60,303 nt of DNA from positions 1,072 through 61,374 of the forward strand of contig MFIE01000019.1 of the NCBI GenBank assembly GCA_001778785.1, read 5' to 3'. Origin of the DNA: Candidatus Giovannonibacteria bacterium RIFCSPLOWO2_01_FULL_46_13 (GTDB taxonomy: Bacteria; Patescibacteriota; Minisyncoccia; JACPKW01; UBA11713). The position numbers and the translations under genes were made by a program. The notes beneath the pieces are model-generated. The model ran no database searches. It saw only the letters and a program-made list of their open reading frames with translations, and had not been told where the DNA came from. Shown piece by piece: positions 40,797-49,694 of the stretch. Position 1 is the stretch's first letter, and each line of letters begins with the position of its first letter.

Positions 40797-40812
40797 AGTT
40801 TCGCGTGAAACA
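40797..40812. promoter_or_regulatory. parS site 2
   Basis: Identical 16-mer AGTTTCGCGTGAAACA. Confidence 0.75.
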
Positions 40813-40817
40813 CCATA

Positions 40818-41198
40818 ATGCCTTCAGATAAGAGGAAATTTGGGGATGTTTGCGAAAAGCTAGCCGCTAGGCATCTCTCTAGTAAGGGGTTTAAAATTTT
40901 GGAGAGGAACTACCTCAGGAAGTGGGGTGAGATTGACCTAATTGTTAGTGGAGAAAATGAGCTACATTTTGTAGAAGTTAAGGGATCTATTTTCAACTCA
41001 AAATTTGACCATAAACCGGAGGATAACGTCCATATGTGGAAAACTAAGCGTCTTTGGCGGGCCATCCAGACTTGGTTTATGGAGCATCCCGACTACGAGG
41101 ATTATGAGTGGCAAATCGACGTGATGGCGGTATTCCTTGATTTAGAGGCTAAAAGGGCTAAAATACGCTGGACAAAGAATGTAATAATAGAACGGTGA
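40818..41198 (+). CDS. yraN: YraN/UPF0102 family endonuclease
   Basis: G..ILERNY..WGEIDLI..LHFVEVK. Confidence 0.9.
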   Translation: MPSDKRKFGDVCEKLAARHLSSKGFKILERNYLRKWGEIDLIVSGENELHFVEVKGSIFNSKFDHKPEDNVHMWKTKRLWRAIQTWFMEHPDYEDYEWQIDVMAVFLDLEAKRAKIRWTKNVIIER

Positions 41199-41269
41199 CG
41201 GGCTGGAGTATGGTGGCAGTACACCTGCTTTGGGAGCAGGTAGACTGGGTTCGATTCCCAGCAGCCCGA
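41199..41269 (+). tRNA. tRNA-Pro(UGG)
   Basis: Acceptor CGGGCTG/CAGCCCG; anticodon arm CCTGC-TTTGGGA-GCAGG; G instead of U at position 8. Confidence 0.88.
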
Positions 41270-41322
41270 CAAGTTAGCAGTAAGAAAACCCTTATTTTAA
41301 CGTCTTACTATCGACCCAGTAC

Positions 41323-41820
41323 ATGAAAGAGAAAGATTTCCTGGCGGCATACGAAGCATATTCTGAAGCGCTTTTCCGGCATTGTTACTTTCGTATTTAC
41401 GATAGGGAGAAGGCCAAAGATATGGTCCAGGAGACTTTTATTCGAACCTGGGAATATATCCTGAAGGGGGAGAAAGTTGAGAACATCCGCGCTTTTTTCT
41501 ACCGCGTCTTAAACAATCTTGTCGTAGATGAAATAAGAAGGAAGAAGTCCCTATCTTTGGAAGAGATAACCGAAGGCGGTTTTCAGGCGAGCGATAATAA
41601 GGTAGGCAAGCTTCAGGTTGAGCTTGGCGCGGAGGCGGTAAACCTAATGAGATCGATGGAAAAGATGGAAGAAGAAAAGAAACAGCTCTTGATCATGCGC
41701 TTCATAGACGGGTTGGGCCCGAAAGAGATAGCAAGTGTGGTGGGGGAAAGCGAGAACGTAATTTCTGTGCGTCTGTCTCGGGCATTAAAAGAATTAAGAG
41801 AGATTTTCAATAATGGATAA
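41323..41820 (+). CDS. ECF sigma factor
   Basis: AKDMVQETFIRTW..FFYRVLNNLVVD (region 2) and KEIASVVG.SENVISVRLSRA (region 4). Confidence 0.93.
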   Translation: MKEKDFLAAYEAYSEALFRHCYFRIYDREKAKDMVQETFIRTWEYILKGEKVENIRAFFYRVLNNLVVDEIRRKKSLSLEEITEGGFQASDNKVGKLQVELGAEAVNLMRSMEKMEEEKKQLLIMRFIDGLGPKEIASVVGESENVISVRLSRALKELREIFNNG

Positions 41821-42940
41821 TTTAGAAAAAATTTTCGATAAAGCCAAGGAAGGAGTTAAATTGAGTCAGCAGGAAAAGGAAAAAATGAAGGGCTTTATTT
41901 TGTCGGTAACTAAAACCCCAGAAGCTCCTGTAAGAGATGAGGTTTTTGAACGTCGTACTTTCAAGCGACTTTTAACATATGCAGTTTTTTCTTTCTCGCG
42001 CCCGGCGGCCGCGTTTGCGGTTTTAATGCTAGTTATTGCGTCTGGCGCGGGAATTTCCCTCGCTGCGGAGGGCTCTTTGCCCGGCGATATTTTGTATCCC
42101 ATCAAGATTGAAGTGAACGAGGGATTTAGGGAGCACTTAGCCCGTTCTGACGAAGCTAAGATGGAATGGTTCGTTTCTGTTGCGGAAAGGCGAATGGAAG
42201 AAACGGAGCGCCTTGCTTCGGAAGATCGCCTGGACGACAAAGCGCGAGCCACCATCGAAGCTAACTTCGCAAAGAATGCAGAGAAAATAAAAACTCGCCT
42301 TAGCGCTACCGCTACGGGCGGAGAGGTAAAACTTTCCATCAACGCGGACGTAACTTCTCGGCTTGAAACCTCGCTCATGGCCCACGAGGAAATTCTTTCA
42401 AAACTTGCTGAAAAAAATTCTGGATCGAAAAAGGAAATAACTTCCGTTTTGGTCGAAGTTAAATCCATAAGCAAATCCGTGAAAGAAGTCCGCAAAAATT
42501 TTGAAGATGATGTCTTTGAAAAAAGGAACAGCCGCTTGGAGGAAGCGACAGCCCTGCGCCTGAAGGCTTCATTGGAAGCAATCGCAGAGGCCAAAAAAGC
42601 CCTTGAAAAATCTGGGGATTCCATAGACGAGGAAGTCCGTAAGAAGGCAGAAGAGATGATAAAGGAGGCCGAGGAGATAGTTGCGGAAGTGAAGTTGGGA
42701 AAGGCTGCTGAACAGGAGGACCAGAGTATCATGAGCTTGAAATCTTCTGCATCTTCCACAACCGAAGCGCTGACAAGACTGCACGAGGCCGTAAAACTCT
42801 CGAGCCAAGCTAAACTCATGCTCGAAGCGCAGTCTCGATTAAAATTAAAAGTCTTAGAATTTCCCGCAACAAGCTCCAGGGTTGAGATAGAAGAAAAAAT
42901 CGAAGAGAGAAATGAAGAGGAATTAGAAATTAACCTATAA
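41813..42940 (+). CDS. Probable anti-sigma membrane protein (DUF5667-like)
   Basis: Overlaps the ECF stop; one TM helix; AAEGSLPGDILYPIK..E..RMEE followed by coiled coil. Confidence 0.7.
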   Translation: MDNLEKIFDKAKEGVKLSQQEKEKMKGFILSVTKTPEAPVRDEVFERRTFKRLLTYAVFSFSRPAAAFAVLMLVIASGAGISLAAEGSLPGDILYPIKIEVNEGFREHLARSDEAKMEWFVSVAERRMEETERLASEDRLDDKARATIEANFAKNAEKIKTRLSATATGGEVKLSINADVTSRLETSLMAHEEILSKLAEKNSGSKKEITSVLVEVKSISKSVKEVRKNFEDDVFEKRNSRLEEATALRLKASLEAIAEAKKALEKSGDSIDEEVRKKAEEMIKEAEEIVAEVKLGKAAEQEDQSIMSLKSSASSTTEALTRLHEAVKLSSQAKLMLEAQSRLKLKVLEFPATSSRVEIEEKIEERNEEELEINL

Positions 42941-42941
42941 C

Positions 42942-43478
42942 ATGACAAAAAAATATATTACCGTGATTCTTGTGATGACAATTCTTTCGGTAGGCCTATT
43001 TTCTCCGGCCTACGCCGATAACGACAACGGGCGATTCAAAAATTTATTTAAAAGGATAGACAAATCGATACAGAAGTTAGAAAAAGTGCAGAACTTCAAC
43101 ATCTCCCAATCTTTCTCTGTTGAAGGGGGCGGCGAAGCCAGGATTAGGGGCGGAACAATTTCCAACACCGCTTCGAGCACGATCACCGTAAAAGTTTGGG
43201 GACTCGACATCGATGTAAATACGGTAGGGGCGAAAATAACCCACAATGATAACGCGACTACGACTTTGAAAGTCGGGGACAAGGTGAACGTTAAAGGAAA
43301 AATGGAGACGGGCGGAATCTTGAAAGCTTCTTCTATCGAACTGCTTTTGTCCGGAAATACCAATCCACAGATTACAGAAAAAATTAGGAAATTAATCGAA
43401 CGCTTACGGGAAATCGAGCGAAGGGCCGGTTTACCTCTGACACCATTCCCGTCGGCAACATCCACATCAAGCAATTAG
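42942..43478 (+). CDS. Secreted OB-fold-like (DUF5666-like) protein
   Basis: Signal peptide; LKVGDKVNVKG..LKASSI. Confidence 0.6.
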   Translation: MTKKYITVILVMTILSVGLFSPAYADNDNGRFKNLFKRIDKSIQKLEKVQNFNISQSFSVEGGGEARIRGGTISNTASSTITVKVWGLDIDVNTVGAKITHNDNATTTLKVGDKVNVKGKMETGGILKASSIELLLSGNTNPQITEKIRKLIERLREIERRAGLPLTPFPSATSTSSN

Positions 43479-43574
43479 CTGGAAAGAGTAAAACCTTTGG
43501 GCAAAAAGTCAGCTCCGCTAGCCACAATGCGGGGCTGACTTTTTTTATAGGACAATTTCGCATATAATTACCCA

Positions 43575-44315
43575 ATGCCACCAGCCTTAGAAGTCCAAAA
43601 CCTCATCAAAAAATATAAAAGCAAAGGCTTCGAGAAGGTCGCGGTAAACGACGTTTCTTTCGAAGTGAAGAGGGGAGAGTTTTTTGGGTTCCTGGGCCCG
43701 AACGGCGCGGGAAAGACTTCAACAATCAGTTGCATAACCGGAACGGCCAAGATTACTTCCGGGACGATTAAAGTTTTTGGGTACGACGTCGTGGAGGATT
43801 ACCGCGAGGCCCGGAAGAAAATCGGCATCGCCCCGCAGGAATTTAACATAGATATTTTTGCGAAACCAAAAGATATTTTATATTTTGTTGCCGGATACTT
43901 TGGCATTCCCAAGAAAGAGCGCCTCGACCGGATCGACCAGGTTATAAAAGACTTGGGTCTCGAAAGTTATACTGACAGAAAATTCATGGAGCTTTCCGGA
44001 GGGTACAAGAGACGAGTGATGCTGGCACGAGCCATGGTGCACGATCCGGATCTTTTGATTTTGGACGAGCCGACCGCGGGGGTGGATGTCGAACTGCGGC
44101 ACGACCTTTGGAGAATTTTGACGGAGTTGAATAAAAAAGGAAAAACAATTTTGCTCACGACGCATTATTTGGAAGAAGCCCAGCGCCTCTGCGACCGGAT
44201 CGGGATAATCTTCAACGGCAAAGTCGTCTCGCTCGAATCCAAGGCGGAATTAATTAAAGACGGCAAATCCATCGAGGACCATTATTTAGCGCAGGTAGGG
44301 GCTAAACCTAACTGA
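43575..44315 (+). CDS. ABC transporter ATP-binding protein (YadG-like)
   Basis: GPNGAGKT, LSGGYKRR, LDEPTAGVD and TTHY motifs. Confidence 0.95.
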   Translation: MPPALEVQNLIKKYKSKGFEKVAVNDVSFEVKRGEFFGFLGPNGAGKTSTISCITGTAKITSGTIKVFGYDVVEDYREARKKIGIAPQEFNIDIFAKPKDILYFVAGYFGIPKKERLDRIDQVIKDLGLESYTDRKFMELSGGYKRRVMLARAMVHDPDLLILDEPTAGVDVELRHDLWRILTELNKKGKTILLTTHYLEEAQRLCDRIGIIFNGKVVSLESKAELIKDGKSIEDHYLAQVGAKPN

Positions 44316-44322
44316 GGTTAAG

Positions 44323-44586
44323 TTACAAGTCTCTATAAACATCTCGGCGATGATCTATCTCGAAGAAGATAGCTTCGTCGGCATCTTGAAAGTAAAATAA
44401 TACCCGCCAACTGCGGGTTACGCGAAAGGAAAACGCATGTTCTAATCCTTTTATCTTCTTTATGTGAAGTCTTGGGTCGCGCCAATTTTCCATAAAACGT
44501 TTTTCTTGAATGTCATAGATATGTCTAATTGGCTTTGGAACCGCTCGAAAAGACTTTATGAAGTCTTCAGTTTTTATTATTTCCAT
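44323..44586 (-). CDS. RelE/ParE-superfamily toxin
   Basis: TEDFIKSF..PRLHIKKIKG..SFRVTRSWRVLF..IDHR.DVY. Confidence 0.75.
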   Translation of the reverse strand: MEIIKTEDFIKSFRAVPKPIRHIYDIQEKRFMENWRDPRLHIKKIKGLEHAFSFRVTRSWRVLFYFQDADEAIFFEIDHRRDVYRDL

Positions 44587-44768
44587 GCAGAAGCTGGCGG
44601 ATATTTCTTAGTAGCCTTTTTATAGGAATTTTTAATACGCGCTGGGTTAGAGTAATCTTTAATATCTTCCCGCGGAAGCAATAAATCAAGCTTACCGCGC
44701 ATTAGGCGAAGCTCTTCTAGAACTGCAGTGAGTTTCTCGTTATTTGAATTTTGCTTTACTCGATTCAT
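44577..44768 (-). CDS. Probable antitoxin
   Basis: 63-aa ORF upstream of, and overlapping, the RelE-like gene. Confidence 0.55.
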   Translation of the reverse strand: MNRVKQNSNNEKLTAVLEELRLMRGKLDLLLPREDIKDYSNPARIKNSYKKATKKYPPASAWK

Positions 44769-44799
44769 ATGTCCAATTGTACATTATGACGTTTGTATT

Positions 44800-45021
44800 T
44801 CAAGTTTGTTTCTTTGCCCTTAGGGCTGCCCAACTTTTCTCCTCTTCTTCGACTTTTTTCCACCAGCCATTCTTTTTTATAAAATCAAGAATTGATTTAC
44901 CGCATTTCTGACAAAGATCTTTATATTGGCGCATAGAATTTTTACTCGCATAGCTTAAGGAAATTTTTTCACGGCCGATTACTTTTCTGCAGATGTCGCA
45001 CTTCTCCACATTCATAGACAT
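44800..45021 (-). CDS. Small CxxC...CxxC zinc-finger protein
   Basis: CDIC and DLCQKC motifs. Confidence 0.55.
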   Translation of the reverse strand: MSMNVEKCDICRKVIGREKISLSYASKNSMRQYKDLCQKCGKSILDFIKKNGWWKKVEEEEKSWAALRAKKQT

Positions 45022-45125
45022 TCAGTATAGAATTTTAGTTTAAATATTCAAGGAGTGAATAAATAATGGATATGATACAATTATCCAGCTATAGCACAAT
45101 AAATGTATCATCTGTATTCACAAAC

Positions 45126-45166
45126 AAAAAAGCCCGTCGGTATTTCTACCTCGGGGCTTTTGTTTT
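45126..45166 (-). terminator. Intrinsic terminator after the 45206 gene
   Basis: On the minus strand AAAAGCCC..GGTAGAAATACC..GGGCTTTTTT. Confidence 0.65.
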
Positions 45167-45205
45167 TGGGATTTTTCAGGTTCAATCTCGTAACCTTCAA
45201 AGGTA

Positions 45206-45595
45206 CTAAGCGACTATTTTGAGAAGCTCAAATTTTGCGAAATCGCGGTGTCCAAGATGGCTCTTGGCTCCGAATCGCTTATCGCAATAGCTTTGGGTAA
45301 AGCTTGAGCTCGTCCCAATAAGCTTTGATCGCTCGATGCCCAGTTTGTAAGCCACCTCATCGCCCTTGTACGGCATGTCTAGCGAGTGATCCAGAAGAAC
45401 TTTATCCGGACCAAACTCGTTTACCATGGAGCAGATTTCTTCCAAAGTCTCAACATACTTGAAGTCGTTCCCTTCTTTTTGAAGCCGTAAACGGTTGCAG
45501 GGGACAAGCGCTAAAACTTCATGTCCTTCAGCCTTGAGTACCTCAAGCAGTCCAAATAGATCACCGATATCATCTTCAATAATTGCGATCTTCAT
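45206..45595 (-). CDS. Stand-alone receiver-domain-like protein
   Basis: MKIAIIEDD..PDKVLLDHSL..IGTSS..K; AAAGGAG SD. Confidence 0.7.
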   Translation of the reverse strand: MKIAIIEDDIGDLFGLLEVLKAEGHEVLALVPCNRLRLQKEGNDFKYVETLEEICSMVNEFGPDKVLLDHSLDMPYKGDEVAYKLGIERSKLIGTSSSFTQSYCDKRFGAKSHLGHRDFAKFELLKIVA

Positions 45596-45652
45596 GTTTT
45601 TCTCCTTTTTTTGTGGAAGTCGTTATTTAAGGTTCCGCACTTTCTTAATCCC

Positions 45653-45681
45653 ATCATAACAGGGAATCGTCAAGATGTCAA
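45653..45681 (-). promoter_or_regulatory. Sigma-70-type promoter for the 45206 gene
   Basis: TTGACA-N17-TATGAT on the minus strand. Confidence 0.65.
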
Positions 45682-45780
45682 TGATGAGTGGAATTGAATC
45701 CGCCAAAATAGCATGAAAAGCTTATACAATATAGATAAATTTCTGTTGAAACAAATTCAACAACATGCTAATATGAAGTC

Positions 45781-46560
45781 ATGATTAATCAGATTCTTTT
45801 GGAATTAGGCCTAAATGAAAAGGAGATCGAAGTCTATTTAGAGGTCCTGAAGCGAGGTAAGGCTCTCCCGACCAATATCGCCCAGGCGACTGGGATCAAT
45901 CGAGCTACTGTATATAGCGTTTCACAAAATCTTATGGAAAAGGGGCTTATCTTGGGTGATTTGACGGCTAAAACATTGGAACTAACCGCTTTACCCGCCT
46001 CAGAACTAAATAATTTAATCGAAAGAGAAGCGAGAAAATTGGAAGAAAAAAGAAAACTTGCTACCCAAGCTATCGAGGAGTTGTCGCAATTGCCGCTCAA
46101 TACTAAGTACTCGATACCGTCTATTAAATTCATAAAGGAAAATAATGTGGAGGAGTTTATGTACAAAAGAATTGAAGAATGGAACAAGAGCCTAAAGCGA
46201 ACAGATAAAATCTGGTGGGGGTTCCAAGACCATACATTTGTTGAGAATTTCAAAAAGTGGATGAGGGATTACTGGGAGCAAGAGAGCTCTCGCGGCATTA
46301 AAGTAAAACTATTGAGCAATATTTCCCAAATAGAAGCTACGATGGCAGAAGAAGCCTGGGAAGATCGTGAGATAAGGTTTTGGAAAAAAGAAGTTAAATT
46401 CACCTCGACTTTGTGGATCGTAGGCGAATACATTGTCATGGTTTATACCAAGGACAAGCCGTTCTATTTGGTTGAAATAAACAACTATGTCATGTCCCAA
46501 AATTTACGCGAAGTGTTTAAAAATATTTGGGATGAGGTTGGAGGTGAGGCGACTAGATAG
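45781..46560 (+). CDS. TrmB-family HTH transcriptional regulator
   Basis: LGLNEKEIEVYL..IAQATGINRATVY..L.EKGLI. Confidence 0.85.
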   Translation: MINQILLELGLNEKEIEVYLEVLKRGKALPTNIAQATGINRATVYSVSQNLMEKGLILGDLTAKTLELTALPASELNNLIEREARKLEEKRKLATQAIEELSQLPLNTKYSIPSIKFIKENNVEEFMYKRIEEWNKSLKRTDKIWWGFQDHTFVENFKKWMRDYWEQESSRGIKVKLLSNISQIEATMAEEAWEDREIRFWKKEVKFTSTLWIVGEYIVMVYTKDKPFYLVEINNYVMSQNLREVFKNIWDEVGGEATR

Positions 46561-46591
46561 AAACCATGAAAACGGCTATAATCTAATATCT

Positions 46592-47359
46592 ATGAACGTG
46601 AACTGGATCGGGTTACAAACATTTGTTATGCAAGAGCTTTTGCGGATAAAGCGCGTTTGGATACAGACGCTTGTTACACCGTGGATTTCGGCCCTGCTCT
46701 ATATTTTAATTTTCGGGCAGATTGTTGGGCGGAGGATCGGGATGATAAGCGGTGTTACTTATATCGATTTCGTTGTGCCGGGGCTCCTGATGTTGAATGT
46801 CATGCAATCTGCTTTCGGGCATTCTTCCTCCTCGCTTTATTTCCAGCGCTTTGCGCGGCATATCGAGGAAATTTTAACCGCGCCACTTTCGTACATGGAA
46901 ATAATCATCGGGTATGTGACTGGAGCCGTGGTGCGCGGGCTCTCGGTTGCCGCTGGAGTGTACGTTATCGCGCTTTTCTTTACGGTAACGACCGTCGAGC
47001 ATCTTTTCCTTTTCGTTTTTTATACGATTTCCGTGGCGCTGATCTTTTCTCTCCTGGGCCTTCTTGTCGGGCTCTGGTCCGAGGGCTTCGAGCAGTTAAC
47101 AATCCCGCAGACGTTTATAATCATGCCCCTAACTTTCTTGGGCGGGCTTTTTACATCTATCCATATGTTTCCGGAAAATATGCAATGGTTTGTGCGCATA
47201 AATCCGTTTTTCTATTTCGTTGACGGCCTCCGCTATTCGATGATAGGCGTATCCGAATCCAACCAAACAATCGGGCTTATCCTGATAATTGGCCTTGTTG
47301 TGGGGCTCGGCTTCTGGGTCTGGTATTTATTCAAAACTGGATATAAAATAAGAACCTGA
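46592..47359 (+). CDS. ABC-2 permease (YadH-like)
   Basis: ATG at 46592; YIDFVVPGL, IEEILTAP, PLTFLGG and NPFFYFVDGLRY motifs. Confidence 0.93.
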   Translation: MNVNWIGLQTFVMQELLRIKRVWIQTLVTPWISALLYILIFGQIVGRRIGMISGVTYIDFVVPGLLMLNVMQSAFGHSSSSLYFQRFARHIEEILTAPLSYMEIIIGYVTGAVVRGLSVAAGVYVIALFFTVTTVEHLFLFVFYTISVALIFSLLGLLVGLWSEGFEQLTIPQTFIIMPLTFLGGLFTSIHMFPENMQWFVRINPFFYFVDGLRYSMIGVSESNQTIGLILIIGLVVGLGFWVWYLFKTGYKIRT

Positions 47360-47401
47360 GCAAAGGTCGTTTTTATTAAGTTTAATTTAATCTAAAATTT
47401 T

Positions 47402-47590
47402 ATGGCGCAGCGCAAAGCGGCAGATTGCAGATTGTTTCCGAGCGAGAAGAATTGTTCGCTTTATATTTCCGGGACAGAGGACGAGGTGATGGACGCATCT
47501 ATCCAACACGCGGTTTCGGCGCATGGACACCAGGATACTCCGGAACTTCGCAAGGAACTTCAGGAGTTTCTCAAAGACGCAAGCGACTAG
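47402..47590 (+). CDS. DUF1059-like small metal-binding protein
   Basis: DCR..PSEKNCSL.ISG.EDEV...QHAVSAHG. Confidence 0.75.
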   Translation: MAQRKAADCRLFPSEKNCSLYISGTEDEVMDASIQHAVSAHGHQDTPELRKELQEFLKDASD

Positions 47591-47623
47591 TAAAAACACC
47601 TCCCGGGAAACTTCGGGAGGCAT

Positions 47624-47695
47624 GCGGCTGTCGTATAGTGGCTATTATGGCTGCCTTCCAAGCAGCAGATGCGGGTTCGACTCCCGCCAGCCGCA
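47624..47695 (+). tRNA. tRNA-Gly(UCC)
   Basis: Acceptor GCGGCTG/CAGCCGC; anticodon arm GCTGC-CTTCCAA-GCAGC; A discriminator. Confidence 0.92.
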
Positions 47696-47704
47696 CAAAT
47701 TTTA

Positions 47705-47740
47705 CAAAACCAGCTCCGGCATTGCGCCGGAGCTGGTTTT
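47705..47740. terminator. Terminator hairpin after tRNA-Gly
   Basis: AAAACCAGCTCCGGC-attgc-GCCGGAGCTGGTTTT. Confidence 0.7.
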
Positions 47741-47896
47741 GTCTTAGGCTTGGTTTAAAATCTGTTTCATTGAAAGGGGAAAGCTTCATGAATGGAGTGA
47801 TTTGGATCTTCGCCGTGGCTTTGGAAATCCCATTGGCTGGATATGATTAACTCACAAAACCCGAAAGGCGGTCCGTAAGGACCGCCTTTTTTTGTT

Positions 47897-48655
47897 TCAC
47901 TGTTTTGCTAACGTCCAAAGAGTTTCAAAAAATCCGGCGTAACTTTTTGTTACCAACGGATTCCAAATTGTAAAATGCGTCACGGGTTCGGAGAAAATAT
48001 TAAACGCGAGCGCGTCAGGCCAGATGTTTGTATTAACTTCTGCTGTAAATAATCCCGGCAGATACCTTACTTCAAATAATTCTCTTTTTCCGTGCACGCT
48101 TTCCATTGCCTCCCTCTGTCCTTCTGACCCGATGTATCTCATTTTAATTCCTCGCTCGATTTGTCTTTTTGTATAATCTTTTAATCTCACCCCCATCGTC
48201 TCATTGAATTTATCTCCTGTCCCACCGATGATCAAAACTTCACATTTTTCTTTTGCATACTCGAGCATATCGAATTCGTGCGCGACGTATGATTCCTTCC
48301 CCTGAAAGACTTCGAAATGCTGTTCCAGCGGCAAGACAATTATCTCATTTAACTTAGTAACCAAATTTTCCGCGAGTATTTTTTTCTCCTCGGCCAAGCG
48401 CGAGAGCATATTTGGATTTTTTGCCGTGAATTTTTTACGACCCCTTTTGATTACATGCTGAACTAGTCCCCGCCGTTCCAATTTATCGAGCGATTGATAT
48501 ACGTACTGCCCGTGCAGGTCGGTGTCTTTGATGATCTTGGAGCTCCCGACCTCGCCCAATAGAAGGAGAGACATGTAGACCCGCGCCTCCTTAAGGTCCA
48601 TCCCAAGGCTCAAAAGCCCGTCCAAAACCTCATCTTTTTGATTTTTATCAAACAT
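47897..48655 (-). CDS. TrmB-family HTH transcriptional regulator
   Basis: LGMDLKEARVY.SLL..VYQSL.KL..RGLV. Confidence 0.82.
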   Translation of the reverse strand: MFDKNQKDEVLDGLLSLGMDLKEARVYMSLLLLGEVGSSKIIKDTDLHGQYVYQSLDKLERRGLVQHVIKRGRKKFTAKNPNMLSRLAEEKKILAENLVTKLNEIIVLPLEQHFEVFQGKESYVAHEFDMLEYAKEKCEVLIIGGTGDKFNETMGVRLKDYTKRQIERGIKMRYIGSEGQREAMESVHGKRELFEVRYLPGLFTAEVNTNIWPDALAFNIFSEPVTHFTIWNPLVTKSYAGFFETLWTLAKQ

Positions 48656-48724
48656 TTTTGATAACTATTAGATAATCTCTTGTTTTATATACTTATTCTA
48701 TCATATTTTCATCATCAAGAATCA

Positions 48725-48753
48725 TTGACAAGATATCCAAGCCGTGGTATGCT
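48725..48753 (+). promoter_or_regulatory. Sigma-70-type promoter
   Basis: TTGACA-N17-TATGCT with an extended TG. Confidence 0.6.
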
Positions 48754-48825
48754 TTATACAAGATGAACATTGAGATTTGATCCATAAGCCCTGACCGCAA
48801 GGCAGGCAGGATTAAGGAGATACTA

Positions 48826-49212
48826 ATGTCAGCTTTAACTCAATTTCGTTCTATCGAAAAAGAACTGCAAGTTGCCTGCGGTAAAAACTACGGAAGTGAT
48901 TTTCGTCACTGCATTATCTGCGGGCGATTAGTTAAAGAACACAACCAGATGCATTTCGCAGATTCTCCTCTCTTTGAAATTGATAGAGTTCTGGGAAATA
49001 ACCAAATTTCTCAAGGAAAACTCCTCCAAGCTTTGAAAGCGAGGGGTAATGGAGAAGCCTTGAGAATATTCCGCTCTGGATACTATCCTCGGGATCCTTC
49101 CGGATATCTCGGCGGACATCTTGTTGCAGGAAGGATTGACATGGATAACCCAACAACTCTTGAAGAAGTACTCGATGCAATATGCGATATCATCGAGAGC
49201 CGTAACCGTTAG
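48826..49212 (+). CDS. Hypothetical protein (CxxC..H)
   Basis: TAAGGAG SD, its own promoter and a downstream terminator (about 49238-49270). Confidence 0.7.
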   Translation: MSALTQFRSIEKELQVACGKNYGSDFRHCIICGRLVKEHNQMHFADSPLFEIDRVLGNNQISQGKLLQALKARGNGEALRIFRSGYYPRDPSGYLGGHLVAGRIDMDNPTTLEEVLDAICDIIESRNR

Positions 49213-49329
49213 GCTTAAAACGAGCGGAAAATATAATAAAAACCCTTACGATTTATCGTCGGGGTTTTTTATTGTAAACGAAAAGCTCTCCGATTTGATC
49301 GGAGAGCTTTTCTAATATCTGTCGTAATC

Positions 49330-49617
49330 TTATCGAACCGCGTCTTTTAAGCCTTTGCCCGGTTTGAATTTCGGGACTTTCATCGCTGGGACGTTTACGG
49401 CCTCTCCGGTCTTCGGGTTGCGGGCTGTTCTCGCTTTGCGGTGTTTAACCACAAATGAGCCGAATCCCGCTATCGATACCTCGTCGCCTCTCTTCATCGT
49501 GTCCGCGATTGTGTCGAAAACAAAATCTACGACCTCTTCTGCGTGCTTCTTGGAAACCTCAACTCCCTTCTTGGAGTGCAGGTCCCATACTTTTTGAGCT
49601 AAGTCTGCTTTATTCAT
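49330..49617 (-). CDS. hup: HU DNA-binding protein
   Basis: MNKADL..GFGSF..RKARTARNPKTGE..PKFKPGK.LK. Confidence 0.96.
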   Translation of the reverse strand: MNKADLAQKVWDLHSKKGVEVSKKHAEEVVDFVFDTIADTMKRGDEVSIAGFGSFVVKHRKARTARNPKTGEAVNVPAMKVPKFKPGKGLKDAVR

Positions 49618-49694
49618 TTGAAACTAAATAATTGCTAGCAAACGACCTTTTATACGGGTATAAAAAGGATTATATCACAAGGAATTTTCGTCAA

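Noticed and set aside
39619..41270. Identical 29-bp 3' halves of the two tRNA-Pro genes as attL/attR of an integrated element
   Set aside because: Both copies belong to complete tRNAs with different anticodons, and the interval holds tRNA-Ala, parS and ordinary genes with no integrase.
41866..42948. 360-aa antisense ORF, and similar shadow ORFs at 21977, 30844, 34744, 37988 and 50296
   Set aside because: They are mirror frames of well-supported genes, with Ser/Phe-rich composition and no motifs.
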